Assembly (NCBI GenBank): GCA_017499595.2
Contig: CM039000.1
Span: 992,001-1,056,000, forward strand
Direction: 5' to 3'
DNA: 64,000 nt
Origin: Psilocybe cubensis
Taxonomy: Eukaryota
Both the position numbers and the translations under genes were made by a program. Under the pieces are notes generated by a model. The model did not search any database, had not been told where the DNA came from, and was given only the letters and a program-made list of their open reading frames with translations. Below, piece after piece: positions 12,857-25,408 of this stretch (its first letter is position 1; every line of letters begins with the position of its first letter).

Positions 12857-15800
12857 ATGTCTACCCAGCAAGGAAGCCCCGGCTATAGGCCCATCAAGCT
12901 CTTGACGAATGCCTTCGAGATAACGCAGCTCCCGACAAGGAAGTACTTGATGTATGACGGTGAGCGCTTCTCTCGGCCTGGACGATTCTTACATTGTTCT
13001 AAGATTGGGCTCATCAGAAACCAGCACCCTTACGTAATCAATGGGCTTGGCGCCAAGAGCGGCCAAAATCCAGCTCGAAAAAAAAATCAAAAGTTATGTT
13101 GACGGAAAATGGTTTCAGACAAAAAGTTTAAAAAAAAAAAATTCATAAATGTGCATATACAATCCTTACTACTAGCCTTTATGCCCACAATAATAGAATT
13201 ACACCTCAGAGGTCAAATTGTAGTCTCTGGAAGTCCATAATGAGTCTGAGAGGTATTACTTAGGCGTGACTTATTGTCACGTGTGGTCACGTGTACCATT
13301 ATATAAGCGGCCAAAAGAACATTGTCAAATTTTCGAAAATCTCCCAAACTCGAGAAAACACCATTTCTGACGTGTTAGACTAAAAAAAAAGGAAAAAAAT
13401 TAAAATCTTTATAACTTCTTGAGATCAAAATTTTTTTGAAAAAAAAAACCACAGATGTGTTCAAAGAAGCATAACCTACATATCTGTGGTTCAAAAATGT
13501 AGAATAGTGTGAGTGCAGAAGGGTTGAAAAGGTTCGGAGGTAAGCCAACTTTTGCTTACCTAAGGGGGTGCTGGTTCCTGATGAGCCCAATCTTATGTGG
13601 CCCGGATGGGAAACTGATGTCTTTTTTTTTCATCATCCTCGGTGTAAATAGTCGGTGAGTCGGTGGCTTTGTGTGTAACTTGTGCTATGTCGATTCGTTG
13701 CTGATCTTGCGGGGTGCGATGTGCGTGTGTGTGTGGTGGATGTGGATGTGGATGTGGATGTGTAGTCTTCAGCCCGCCGTGCACGATCCGGAATAAGCGG
13801 GTGCAGCTCATCCATCATCTGCAGGTTATGGTCGCCCCGGACGTGTTCACCCCCCGTGCATTGTACGACGGCCAGGCGATCGCGTACGCCCCTCGAGAGC
13901 TCGCGCTCGCGAACAATGGAAGCGGGACTGTGAGTAACATTTTTTTTTATTGATTTCATTGGGTTATTTCAAATTCTGTTTCGGCGCTTCCGAATGGGGT
14001 GTGGGTTGATGATGATTGTATACTGACTTGACGCGGTCTTTTTAAATCTTTTTGTAGTTCAATGTTAGATTGGGCGAAAATCGTGCTGCTGAACTGGGGG
14101 CAAGGGGGACGTATCAGATCAGGTTTACGTTGACGCTTGGTGAACAAGTTGATGCAAAGTAAGTTGTGGCTTGCTTTTGTGGCTTGGGTTGGTCGATGTT
14201 AACTTGTTATGTACCAGGCATGTCTATGATTTGATTCGCGAGAGGAAGACCTCGACTCGAGCACTTGTCGCAACGAACCTAATCCAGCTTATCATGCGTC
14301 AAGGCCCGAACATGTAAGTATACCAATGATTAAAAAAAACCTCAAAAATTCATGTATATTACTTCAGGCACCATACCAACAACGGCCGAGCGCATTTTAC
14401 TGGAAATGAAAAGATTACCCTTCCCAACAGCGGGCTCGAGCTCTGGAGAGGAACCTTTTTGTGCGTTGCTGTCTCGTCGAATGATCGTTTATTTCCCAGG
14501 CTGACGACTTTATTTAGATCTGTCAGGCCCACGATGGGCAAGATGATTCTCAACGTGGACACTTGCTCTGCCGCTGTGTAGGTCCAACTTCTACCTTGCG
14601 ACTTTTCATTGATTTCTAACTTGATTTTTTAACAGGTACCAAAGTGGCCCTCTTATCGCGATATGCATGCAGAAACTACGTCTTCGCGACGCCCGCGAGC
14701 TGGACTTGGGAGAGCGAGACCCGCGCTTCAAGACACTCGAAAAGTTCCTCAAGGGTCTGAGGATGAAGGTAAAAACCGGAGGTGGGAGATCTCGCACGCA
14801 GACTATTCGCGGTCTTGTCGCAAACGCGGGCGAATTCTCCTTTTGGAAGGATGATACTGTCGAGATGACAGTTGCTGTAGGTTTCTTTTCTTTTTTTGTC
14901 TCGACCCATTCCTGGCATCTGATTTTTTTGAATTGCAGGATTACTTTTACCAAACGCACAACATCCGCCTCCAGTATCCCGGAATAATTGGCGTTCGTCT
15001 CACACCAGACAGCAGCCCTCGTAAAGATGTTGTCCCATTGGAGCTCTGCGAGTTGGAATTTGGCCAACTCTTCAAGAGAAAGCTCCCTGATGAGCTGACT
15101 GCTGATATGGTTAGATTTTCAGCGATGAGGCCTCAGGAGCGCCTCCGAAAAATCCAAGCAGCTGTGAGTCCATCCATCAAACCATTCAAATTGTTTCTCA
15201 TTTGAGTATGCAGGCCAAAGAAACTGGGGGCTATGACTTTGTTCGTGAATCTGGGATGCATATGGACATCAATCCCATGAGGATTGATGCGAAACTGTTA
15301 GATGTGCCTCAACTTCACTTCGCTAACCTGCAGAAACCCCTGGTGAGTCATCCACCCATTATCTGTACCATCTCAGTAACCTGATATTTTCAACAGGATA
15401 TCACGAATGGCGCTTGGAACGTCGTGCGTCAACGCTTCACGAACCCTGCGAAAATGAAATATTGGATAGTAGTTTCTTTTGTCAACAACATCGATCAAGG
15501 GGCAATCGCTCAGCGCATGACTTCTGGCGGTGCCAGCTTGCTCAAATCGTGCCAGAACCTTGGTAAGTCTTTTTCTTCATTGGTTATGCATGGAATTATT
15601 CTAACCAAAGTCTTTTCAGGCATGCGTACGTTTTTTTTTTGCGCCTGATCGAACCTTTGAATTTAAATTTCCTTGTTATCAGAAATAAGCCCTACGCCAT
15701 TGATCAAGGCTCGCGCTAATCCACATGATGCTGCAGGCGTAAGTTTTACTGCTTCTCTGTCAATAGCATTCCTTGAAACAAATACTGATCCTCTAATAAT

Positions 15801-17472
15801 CACTAGGTATTGTATCAATCTGCCCGACAGTACTCCAAGCAAATAGGTGTTCCGGATGACAATGACAACTTTGACCTTTTTTTGGGACAGTTGATGGTGA
15901 TCGTAATATTGCCAACTAACGCCGCGGGAATTAGGAGTGCGGTCAAATATTGGGGTGATGTTAAGCAAGGTATGTTTACTTAATATACATCGCTCCTTAT
16001 AGTTGCTGATTACTTGCAGGGGTGGCCACACAATGCATTAGAGAGTCCAAATTTGATAAAGCGAATGATCAGTATTGGAATAATATTGCTCTAAAGTGAG
16101 TTTTCTTTACTTCTGGTTTGTACTGGCCTCTAATTCATATACCTTTTGAAATCAGAATAAATGCTCGTCTTGGTGGCACGAACTTTTTCAGCACCTCGGA
16201 GGCGCTCAAGGAAATCAAGAGTGAACCCTTCATGATCATGGGTATGATTTTATTTTTACTTCACTAAGCGGTTGCGTAACGATCTTCATTGTAGGTGCTG
16301 ATGTGGGACATCCTGGTCCAGGTGTTCAAAAGCCCTCCGTTACCGGGATTGTCTACTCTTACGATCAAAACGCGACCCGATACGTTGCTTTGACGGGCAT
16401 CCAGCCTCCCAGAGTTGAACAGATCGTTGATCTGAAGAAATATGTTTACCGTGCGATTAACAGCTTTGCTGTGAAGAACAATGGGCCTCCGGCTCGGTTG
16501 ATCTTTTACAGGGATGGGATATCCGAGGGTGAATTTAACAAAGTGGCCGCAATCGAAATTGGGGATATCAAAGAGGCCTTGGTGAAAGTGTACAAGGACA
16601 ATACAGTGCCGGCGAATAAGCCCCTGCCTCTGTTGACCTATATCGTTGTCGGTAAACGGTAAGTGGTTACACTGCTCCATGTTACATAGAGTTTCTAACA
16701 AGACCGAATTTGGAATAGCCACCATGCCGTTTTCTTCCCCGGTGACCAACAGTATGTATATTACTATTGTTTTTCGGTGCATCCAGCATATTACTCATTT
16801 CCTTCCGATCTGCAGGGGCGCAGACCCAAGGAATGGCAATGCACTGGCAGGTTCTTTGATCGACAGCGGCATCACTCATCCCGCTGTTCGTGACTTTTAC
16901 TTGCAGAGCCACGCAGCAATTCAAGGAAGTGAGGATCTTTTACTTTCTTATATCTTTTTTGTTGCTTATAGCTACCACAGCCTCCCGCTCGAGCCATTAT
17001 GTTGTTTTGCACGATGAAAACTGGAATTTCAATATGAAAAGGTGGATTGTTTCGGTTTTGTTCTATCTTATTTGTCATTTAATTGGTCCTTAGGGTGCAA
17101 CAAATCTCGTACACCCTTTGCTACAACTATGCAAAGGCGACACGTTCAGTTTCCATTCCTGCTCCTGTTTATTGTAAGCTGTTGCTCCTCCCTCTTCGAT
17201 CTCAACACAGTTAACAATATTTCTTCTAGATGCTGATGTAAACAATTATTTTCTCCATTGACGCTGACGATCCACTTACTGATTTTTTTTTCGTTCAACA
17301 GCTGGTATGCTCTCGTGGAATGTTCCACATCGACCCCAACGACAGGGAGCTCGGCTTCGACGACAACACCACCACCGCCTCGGGCTCTTCCACTACCTTG
17401 GACATGAGCAGGTGGCAAAGCGCCTTCCAGCCCGTCCACAGAAGACTTTCTAAGTCCATGTATTTCCTCTAA
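12857..17472 (+). CDS. AGO: Argonaute (N-PAZ-MID-PIWI), about 20 exons, DEDD tetrad intact
   Basis: Spliced by eye: LELWRG, SVRPT, VPLELC (PAZ), GAWNV, TQC, KINARLGG, GADVGHP, FYRDGISEG, VGKRHH, DFYLQSH, ATRSVSIPAPVYYADL, C-terminal MYFL*. Start may extend upstream because CAG precedes the ATG. Confidence 0.93.
13002..13593. mobile_element. Non-autonomous TIR DNA transposon (MITE), 592 bp, TA target-site duplication, inside Argonaute intron 1
   Basis: Left end TA|AGATTGGGCTCATCAGAAACCAGCACCC; reverse complement of the right end AGATTGGGCTCATCAGGAACCAGCACCC (27/28 match, extending imperfectly to about 40 bp), followed by TA at 13594-13595. A/T-run-rich interior with no transposase ORF. Confidence 0.88.
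13738..13761 (+). repeat. (GGATGT)4 microsatellite within a GT-rich tract next to the Argonaute intron-2 acceptor
   Basis: Four perfect copies read directly, followed by GTAG. Confidence 0.9.
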
Positions 17473-17978
17473 GAAGCAAGCTCTGGGTCCCATTTCAGTA
17501 TGATTCTCTCTTTTTGTCAGTGGTTCATTCATTTTCTTTCTAATTTTTCTCTTTGACTCTTGTGGAATTGCTGACGCTCTTTCCCCTGATTGCCTAGTGG
17601 TTTCAACTCATGAATATATACTCGGACTTTCCAAGAGTGGCCGGACGAAAGGAGCTGAGCATGTTATCGTGCTGCTGTCGAGTCCGACCGCTGTTGGAAA
17701 GCCCGAGTACGATACCCGCCCCCCTCATGTTTCTTGTACCAACCGATGTACACCGATGTTGACCGTCGGACGCCTCAAGCCTGGATCTGTGATATGTGTA
17801 TTTTGACTTTTTCCCAATTTCGATGTGTAGCTGACCTGACTGAAAATCAATATATACCTTGACGTTCTGCTAGTTAACTTGGAGTGAACACTTGAGATAT
17901 ATAAAACACCCATCACTATCTGATCTATAAGTACAAGATAATATACAGGTCAACATTGGTATGAAATATGAAGACCGC

Positions 17979-19223
17979 TCAAAGACTAGGCGTCCGCGGC
18001 AACACCTTCCAAAGTGTGTGCTGAGCATCTCCGCCAATGTTTCGAACAACACCATCGCCCTCCAATTTTCTGAGATGGAGGTCGATACCATGAGCAGCAG
18101 GAAGCCATAAATTCTCCGGATAGGCTTTGTAGATTACCCTAACCAAATTCCACGTCGTCCATGTCGTCTTTGTCTCGGCGTTCGCCCCGTCGTGCAGCTC
18201 GACGGGTACAGGCGACCGAAGGACCGCGAGCACCTGTGCCTCGCGCTCCAGCCGGTGTTGGATGTACGTCGAGATCGTCTGGCGGCCGTTGGCGACTATC
18301 GCGCCGTGTGCTGGGTAGAGCGTGACGTACTCTAAGTCGACTTCACCTGGCGACGCGGGAGGCGAGCCGAAATGGAGCATCTTGTTCAGGCTTGCGAGGT
18401 AGGTCGCGAGGTCCTCGAAGACGGCGGTACCGTGCCCGAGGACGGTGTCGGCGGTGTAGAGCGCGCGGTCTTGTGGGATGTACAGGCAGATGGAGTCGAC
18501 GGTGTGCCCTGGGGTGTGCAGCACACGCAGGAGGGGAGCTCCACTGTCGTTGCTGCTGTCCACGAACGTCTGTCCGTCGGAGAGGTCATGGAAGATGGTT
18601 CCAGACGGGGAGGGTGTGTACAACTCCGCAGGGATGTCGGCGATGACGTTGGGAAGGATGTTGTGCGGTGTGGTGTGCCGCCCTGGTTGGGTATTGGATG
18701 CAGGGTACTTGTGCAGACGTGGTGGGGTGTATGGTCGGTCGGGGAAGCGGTCTTTCCAGGTTTGCTTGAGAAGCTTGAGAACGGAGGGTAGGCCACCGAT
18801 GTGGTCGTGGTGCCAGTGGGAAAGGATGATATCCGAAACGTCTGGCTGGTCAGGGAGGACGCGTGCGGAATCAAGAGCACTCTGTAGTATAGGTATGTAG
18901 GAATCAAGGCCCTCTCCTGTGTCTATCAGGAAATACGGGTTCTGCGACCCAATCACGTATGTGTTTGTCCCTACAAAAAGTTAAGCTGATTGAAGGTAAT
19001 TGATGAACGATCTTTCTTTACCTTGAAGAGTAAACTTGCCAGGATTCTAAAAGAGAGGTTATATCGGGACCACTGAAAGCTTTTAAACATCGTTTACCTG
19101 CCCAAGGACCCGAAGAACATGTTTGCTGAGCTGCAACAGGAGATAAGATACATTTATCTTGCTGTATAGCAATGTACCTGCACTCACCCTCTCGATGTCG
19201 CCTAGTTTTTGGAGATCAGCCAT
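17979..19223 (-). CDS. Metallo-beta-lactamase fold protein, LACTB2-like
   Basis: Exons give RVLGQ|NPGKFTLQG|TNTY, LIDTG, SHWHHDHIGG, HTPGHT, DTVLGHGT, YPAHG, YIQHRLERE. Confidence 0.88.
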
Positions 19224-19662
19224 AGCGTTCCTGCACTGTATATCAGATGGGTGTTCGAGTTATATAGGCGGTGGCGAATAATTACAAAGACGGTCTTGTA
19301 CTTGGTCTCGGGAATGAGAATGAGCGGATAGGTCCATTAGCGGGTTCATGTGATTGGTTTTCCCTAAATGGTTGGATTTTACGCCTTGCATTCAAAAATG
19401 GCCGTATTATACTACATCGGAGTAGCATATCCCATGGCACTGAGGAATACTACAGAGCCTTGAGAGATTCAAACCTGAATATGTTGTTGAGTGAGAATAA
19501 GAATATCATGGTCGTTGGCGTTGAGTCCAGCTGGCGATGGCAATCAAAGCCAAACACTCATCCAAGTGGCGATGCGCTGACATTATGAACTTGCTCATCG
19601 TTGACCACAACGGTGACTAGCTCACTTTCAGCTACGGCTATTATACCTCCATATTCTCAACT

Positions 19663-22600
19663 ATGAGCTCCCCATCTGCCTCGGATGCAGCTGCTCATAA
19701 ACGAAAAAGGTAACTCTTGAATTTGCTCACATTCGTCCCATATTTTGACCACCAAGTTTGATTTCAGGTCTCCCTCGCAGACCCCAGAGGCGGACGGTGC
19801 GCCACCTTCAAGTCGAAGAAGAGCGAGGTCTCCATCTGAGGACTCGGGATCTGACTCGGAAGGACCATCACCACCCAAGGACGGAAAGCTCGAGGCGCGC
19901 GTAGCAGCCATGGACCTCGACAAGGCAGAGGACGAGGCCAAGTCAACAGCGCTCGTCAAGGCGGCGGAAAAAGAAAAGGAAAAAGAGTCTGCTCAAAGGG
20001 CAGAGTTTGCGAAGCTTCTGAATACCCGTTCTGGAGGTGTGTATATCCCCCCGGCGCGGCTGCGCGCTATGCAAGCCGCGGCCTCGTCCGACAAAAGCAG
20101 CCCTGAATACCAGCGTCTTTCGTGGGACGCCCTCCGCAAGTCGATTACCGGTATTGTCAACAGGGTCAACGTCACCAACATCAAGCTCATTGTCCCGGAA
20201 CTGTTCAACGAGAATTTAATCCGAGGACGAGGACTGTTCGCGCGAAGTGTGATGAAAGCTCAGTCTGCGAGTTTGCCTTTTACACCGGTTTTCGCGGCAC
20301 TTGTGGCTATCATCAACACCAAGCTGCCTCAAGTTGGAGAGTTGGTTCTCACTAGACTTATCAGCCAGTTTAGGAGATCGTTCAAGCGCAATGACAAGGT
20401 ACGCAACCATTCTCGCTGCCCTGTAACAGTGTTCTTACACACATATCCAAGACCGTGTGCCATTCCTCAACCACTTTTATTGCTCATTTGGTGAATCAGT
20501 CTGTCGCACACGAAATCATTGCCCTTCAAATTCTCGTTCTCCTCCTCGAGCGACCTACCGACGACTCCATCGAAATTGCCACGGGTTTCACTCGCGAAGT
20601 TGGCGCTTTCCTCGCTGAAAATTCTCCCAAAGCAAATGCAACCGTTTTCGAACGTTTCCGTGCTGTGCTGAATGAAGGCAAAATCAGCACTCGTGTGCAG
20701 TACATGATCGAGGTCTTGATGCAAGTCAGGAAGGATAAGTACAAGGATAACCCTATTCTGCCGGAGGGACTGGATTTGGTTGAGGAGGATGAGCAGATTA
20801 CGCATTCGATTCAGTTGGAGGAGGAGTTGCAAGTTCAAGAAGGACTCAGTGAGTTTTCTTTATGTGTCTGTCATCGCGCAGCTCTGCTGACTTTTTTCTT
20901 TTTAGATATCTTCAAATTTGATCCTAATTACCTCGAAAATGAAGAAAAATACAAGGCTATCAAAGCTGAGATTCTTGGTGAAGATTCTGACGACGAATCA
21001 GGATCTGGTTCCGAGGAGGAGTCTGATGAATCCGATGATGAAGGTACGTTTAGAGTAGTCTGCACGGCTCCATTCGCTCACCAGATATTACAGTGGCCGA
21101 AACGAAAGAAGGCATCGAAGACAGAACTGAGACCAACCTGGTCAATCTACGCCGTGTTATCTATCTTACTATCATGAATGCTCTCAACTACGAAGAAGCC
21201 GTCCACAAGCTGCTCAAAGTACAGTTGCAAGAAGGACAAGAAATTGAACTCGTCAACATGATTATCGAGTGTTGCTCCCAGGAGCGCTCGTACTCGACTT
21301 TCTATGGCCTCATCGGCGAACGGTTCAGCAAGTTGAACCGCGTATGGACTGACTCGTTCGAACAGGCCTTCCACAACTATTACACTACTATCCACAGATA
21401 CGAGACCAACCGTCTGCGAAACATCGCGCGGTTCTTTGGACATCTGTTTTCGACGGACGCGATTTCCTGGATGGTGTTTGAATGTGTCAAAATTAACGAG
21501 GATGACACGACGAGCAGCAGTCGTATCTTTGTGAAGATCATGATGCAGGAAATGATGGAGAGTATGGGGCTCAAGAACCTTGCTGAGCGGTTTAAGGACC
21601 CCGAGGTCAAGCAGGGCTGCGCGGGCATGTTCCCGATGGATATTCCCAAAAACACCAGGTTCTCAATCAATTATTTCACGAGTATCGGTTTGGGTGTTTT
21701 GACAGAGGAGATGAGAGAATACCTCAAGGTTAGTGCCAATTTGTTCTCCGTTTGAATTCATTCGGGGACCTGATTTCTGTTTTCGTCAGAACGCGCCCAA
21801 GTTGATCATGGAGCAACGTCGTGCGATGCTTGAGGCCGAAACGTCCTCTTCTTCCGACTCGGATTCAGATTCAGATTCAGACTCCTCCTCAGACTCAGAC
21901 TCCTCGTCTGACTCGGATTCATCCTCCGACGAGAGCTCCTCAGATGACTCGCGCAGAGGTGGAGGCCGCAGTCGACGCCGTGACTCGCGCTCGCGCTCGA
22001 GGACACCCCCTCGTCGCCGGGGAGGCAGGGACGACTCCCGCTCACGTTCCCGCTCGCGTACGCGTTCGCGCACTCCTCCGCGACGCAAATCGGACCGTTC
22101 GCCGCCGCCCGCTGCGTCGCGCCGTCGTGGCCATTCTAGCTCGCGGTCTCGGTCGCGATCGCGATCGCCCCCACCTCCTCGCCGTAGGGGGCGCGATGAG
22201 GATGGTTCGAGGTCACCGCCGCCGCCTCCACGACGAGACCGGGGCCGGGACCGGGATGCGTCGCCTGTGCCTCCTCCCCCGCGAGGTCCCAATGGTAGGG
22301 ATAGAGATAGGGATAGGGATATGATGGACACCAAGCTGGATGGCTCCTCTCGTCGTCCGCGTTCGCTCTCGCCTCCACCTCCCCCGCGTGGTGGTGGTGG
22401 GTATGGCCGTGAGCGTGATCAGCGAGATGGAGATCGATATGGCCGAGCGTCGCCCCCTCCTCCTCCAGTCGGTGGCAGAGGAGGTAGGGAGAGGTCGCCT
22501 CCACCCCATATGCGGGACGATAGGGCCAGGGATAGGGATGGAGGGAGGCGGTCGAGGTCCCCGCCTCCGCATATGTCTCGTGGTGGGGGCAGAGATGAGC

Positions 22601-22740
22601 CGAGGCGCGATGGTGGCTATAGGGACCGTCCTCGATCGCCCCCGAGGCATGAACGCGAACGCGAACGCGATAGGGATAGGGATGGAGGTAGAGGCGGGCC
22701 GTCTAGGGAACAGGATAACGGATACTCTCGCAGGCGCTAG
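19663..22740 (+). CDS. CWC22: Pre-mRNA splicing factor CWC22 (MIF4G + MA3, RS/RD-rich tail)
   Basis: GGVYIPPARLR, YQRLSWDALRKSI, ENLIRGRGLF, IHRYETNRLRN, TTSSSRIF, RFSINYFTSIGLG. Confidence 0.95.
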
Positions 22741-23457
22741 GTGACGGCGCGCGATGTGTGTGTGTGTGGATTGATCTGTTGATCAGAAAAAAAATTGTGG
22801 TAGTTCCAGTTTTCGCCTTGTATTCTCTTTAATCTTTAGGCTTTTAGTGGCTGTTATTCTTATTTTCTGCTCGATAAGGCGAAGTGTTGGATGCAAGATC
22901 TCGACTTGGTACGATCGTGATTATGCCAATGTTATATATCGAATCTGGTAACATTTTGTGCATCTCGGATGTGATTTTTTCAGTTGGATAGCTTAGCTTG
23001 TGTGATTTTGTCTTCAAACTTGTCATGATAGAAAAGGGATGCACAAAATTAAAGAGAACCAAGTCGAACGTGGGAGTAGTCTGTCATAATTACGGAATTC
23101 AATGAGAAAGTGCGGTTCAATAATAAATAGGCGCGCTGGGGAGAGAAGCGCCCTCGATGTACATACTTGTCGTTACTATGCAACTTCGCTAATGCGCACA
23201 AAGGTTGGACAAAAAAGGGTCGTGGAGGTTTTCGATTCTTCATTAACTAATTTAAATCTGATGTAAATGTCTGGTTGCCTTGCTGACTTTTCAACGAGAT
23301 TATAGTAGGGCCATAATTCCGAGTCTTAACTGTATCCTAGTACTTAGTATTAATTTCCGTGGCTACGAAGTCACGCCTGTTCTACATTTAGCACAATGTG
23401 ACTAATTAAGCGTGACCAAACATATAACCTAATTCAAGTTGATTCTTTCCCTCGACG

Positions 23458-24973
23458 ATGTCTGCTATTATCGGTACTATCTTAGCCATTCTTCCTACCC
23501 TGTTGCTTGCCTTGTCCAAAAAATTTCACATAAGAGCGATTAAACTTGACTCTTATTGGGAAAGCCTGGTTTGGACCTGGCGCATCACAAGGTTGAAATT
23601 ACATTTTCCGGAAAAACTTCAAGACTGGTATTATAAAAGCGACGATTCGGACTCGATGGTGGACGAACTATATGCTATAAAAGATTTCTGGTTGTTTCTT
23701 GGCCCTTTCTTTGCTACACGAGGCTACATAATCTATCAAGAACATCCAAACCCGCATTGGATGGGTGAGATAGTTCCTGCTCCCTGGCCGCCTCAGGCAA
23801 AAAATGCATCATACCCTTATGCTCGTCATGTACGAAGTAATGAACCGGATCCAAGGTGGATATTGTCGCCCCGAGTTTGGCCCGCTCGTGATACCCTTGG
23901 AAGAGAAGTAGTTATCAAGTGAGACTCATAAACCAAATTATTTATCGTCTAAATTGACTGGTCAACATTATACTCCAGAGTAATATCTGAAGTAGACAAA
24001 CCAACTCAAGAAATGAAGGTATTCCGGCGCCTTAATAGTAAAAAATTGCGAACGGACCCAGCGAACCATACAATCTATGCACTGGAATATATCACGTTCG
24101 ACAAGTTCGTCTTCGTGGTAATGCCCAGGTTCGTGCCATTTTTTCAAACATTTAATTAAAGTTGATTGTTCAGATGGGATATGTCTTCTTCTCCCGAGTT
24201 CGAAACCGTCGATCAGCTCATGTCATTTGCGCTTATATGGTTACAGGTTAGTGTGACAAATTTGTCAACCGCTGTGGTCCATATCATACCATGTGTTAAA
24301 ACAGACATTCGATTTTCTGCACCGTAATAAAGTCGTACATCTTGATTTTCTTGAACAAAATACCGGTATAAATGCAGTACTCCAGTTTTCGGAAAGGTTT
24401 CGTAGAACGGGATTGCGAGATCCAAAGGAAGTGCGGTATGCTCTTCTTGACTTTGGTTTTTCTATAGCTTTCCCCGAGGATACAGTCGAAGAGGACGTGC
24501 GCATGATTCGCTATAATTCATGGGGTCTACACGGTATACCCGACAACTCGGTTATTTACCCATATAATCCATTCAAAGCAGATATAGCGATCCTAGCAAG
24601 CTCTCTTCAAATGCATGTCAGGGTGGGTCAGTGATTTACATTGATTACCGACGTTCTCTGACTTTGCCTTTCCATAGCATCTTGAACCCATTATTCCTGA
24701 ACTTGGGCCATTCTTTGATTCCATTGTTGACCTTAATGACCCTAATCAACTGACAGCTGGACAGGCCTTCGCTCGATTCAAAGAAATATGCAATGGCCTC
24801 AGTCCTGAAATTGCTGGGTCATCATTTGATAGCTGGGTATGGTACCCAGGTAAGTTGTTGAGGATCAAGAAAAATCCATTCACAAGCCTCTTGCATTTCT
24901 AGGTGGAAGAATCAAGAAGAAACATGGGAAACCTATCACACTGGCTGATCCCCCATCCTCAAGTTGTGACTGA
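23458..24973 (+). CDS. Membrane-anchored atypical (AgaK1-like) protein kinase copy D, 6 exons
   Basis: N-terminal TM, VVIK, VVHLDFLEQN, LLDFG, YNPFKADI; closest to copy C; TGA at 24971-24973. Confidence 0.78.
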
Positions 24974-25408
24974 CCATGGGTTGGATTGACGTGGCAGATT
25001 GCTATCCAACCATGTATAGTCTAGTCAGTATATATAGCCGTGCGTTGGGCGTGGCACTATAGGCCCACCATATGTGCCACCTGGACGGCGCACAGAAAGG
25101 CAAGCGACAACAGTGCGGGAGACTATCAGTGATATCTCTTGAATTTTCATGAACATGTAACATAAATGGACCATAGACATTGGAAAACACATCTGGCTCC
25201 AAATACAGTGGATCGATACTCCTCTGAGGCTTGGGAGTTTTACTCTCCCGGTCTGAATCTCCGTAGCCATAAGCCGTTGTGATGCTTTCGTGCATGTTTT
25301 TTCAGGCCTGCCATTAAAATTGTGAAATAGTCAGTCAGCGGAGCTTCAAAAAAATAAGGGCCGTATCACAACAATGACAACGCGGATTCTTCCGGGATCT
25401 TCCCCGAC

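Noticed and set aside
13032-13041. ACGTAATCAA resembling a Fot1/pogo TIR start nested in the MITE
   Set aside because: No matching inverted end; it is part of the imperfect extension of the outer TIR.
14008-14030. TGATGA...CTGA in Argonaute intron 3
   Set aside because: Boxes only about 10 nt apart with no guide; CTGAC is more simply the branch site.
21840-22740. GATTCA/GACTCC and GATAGG-type repeats
   Set aside because: Explained by the SD-, RS- and RD-rich tail of CWC22.
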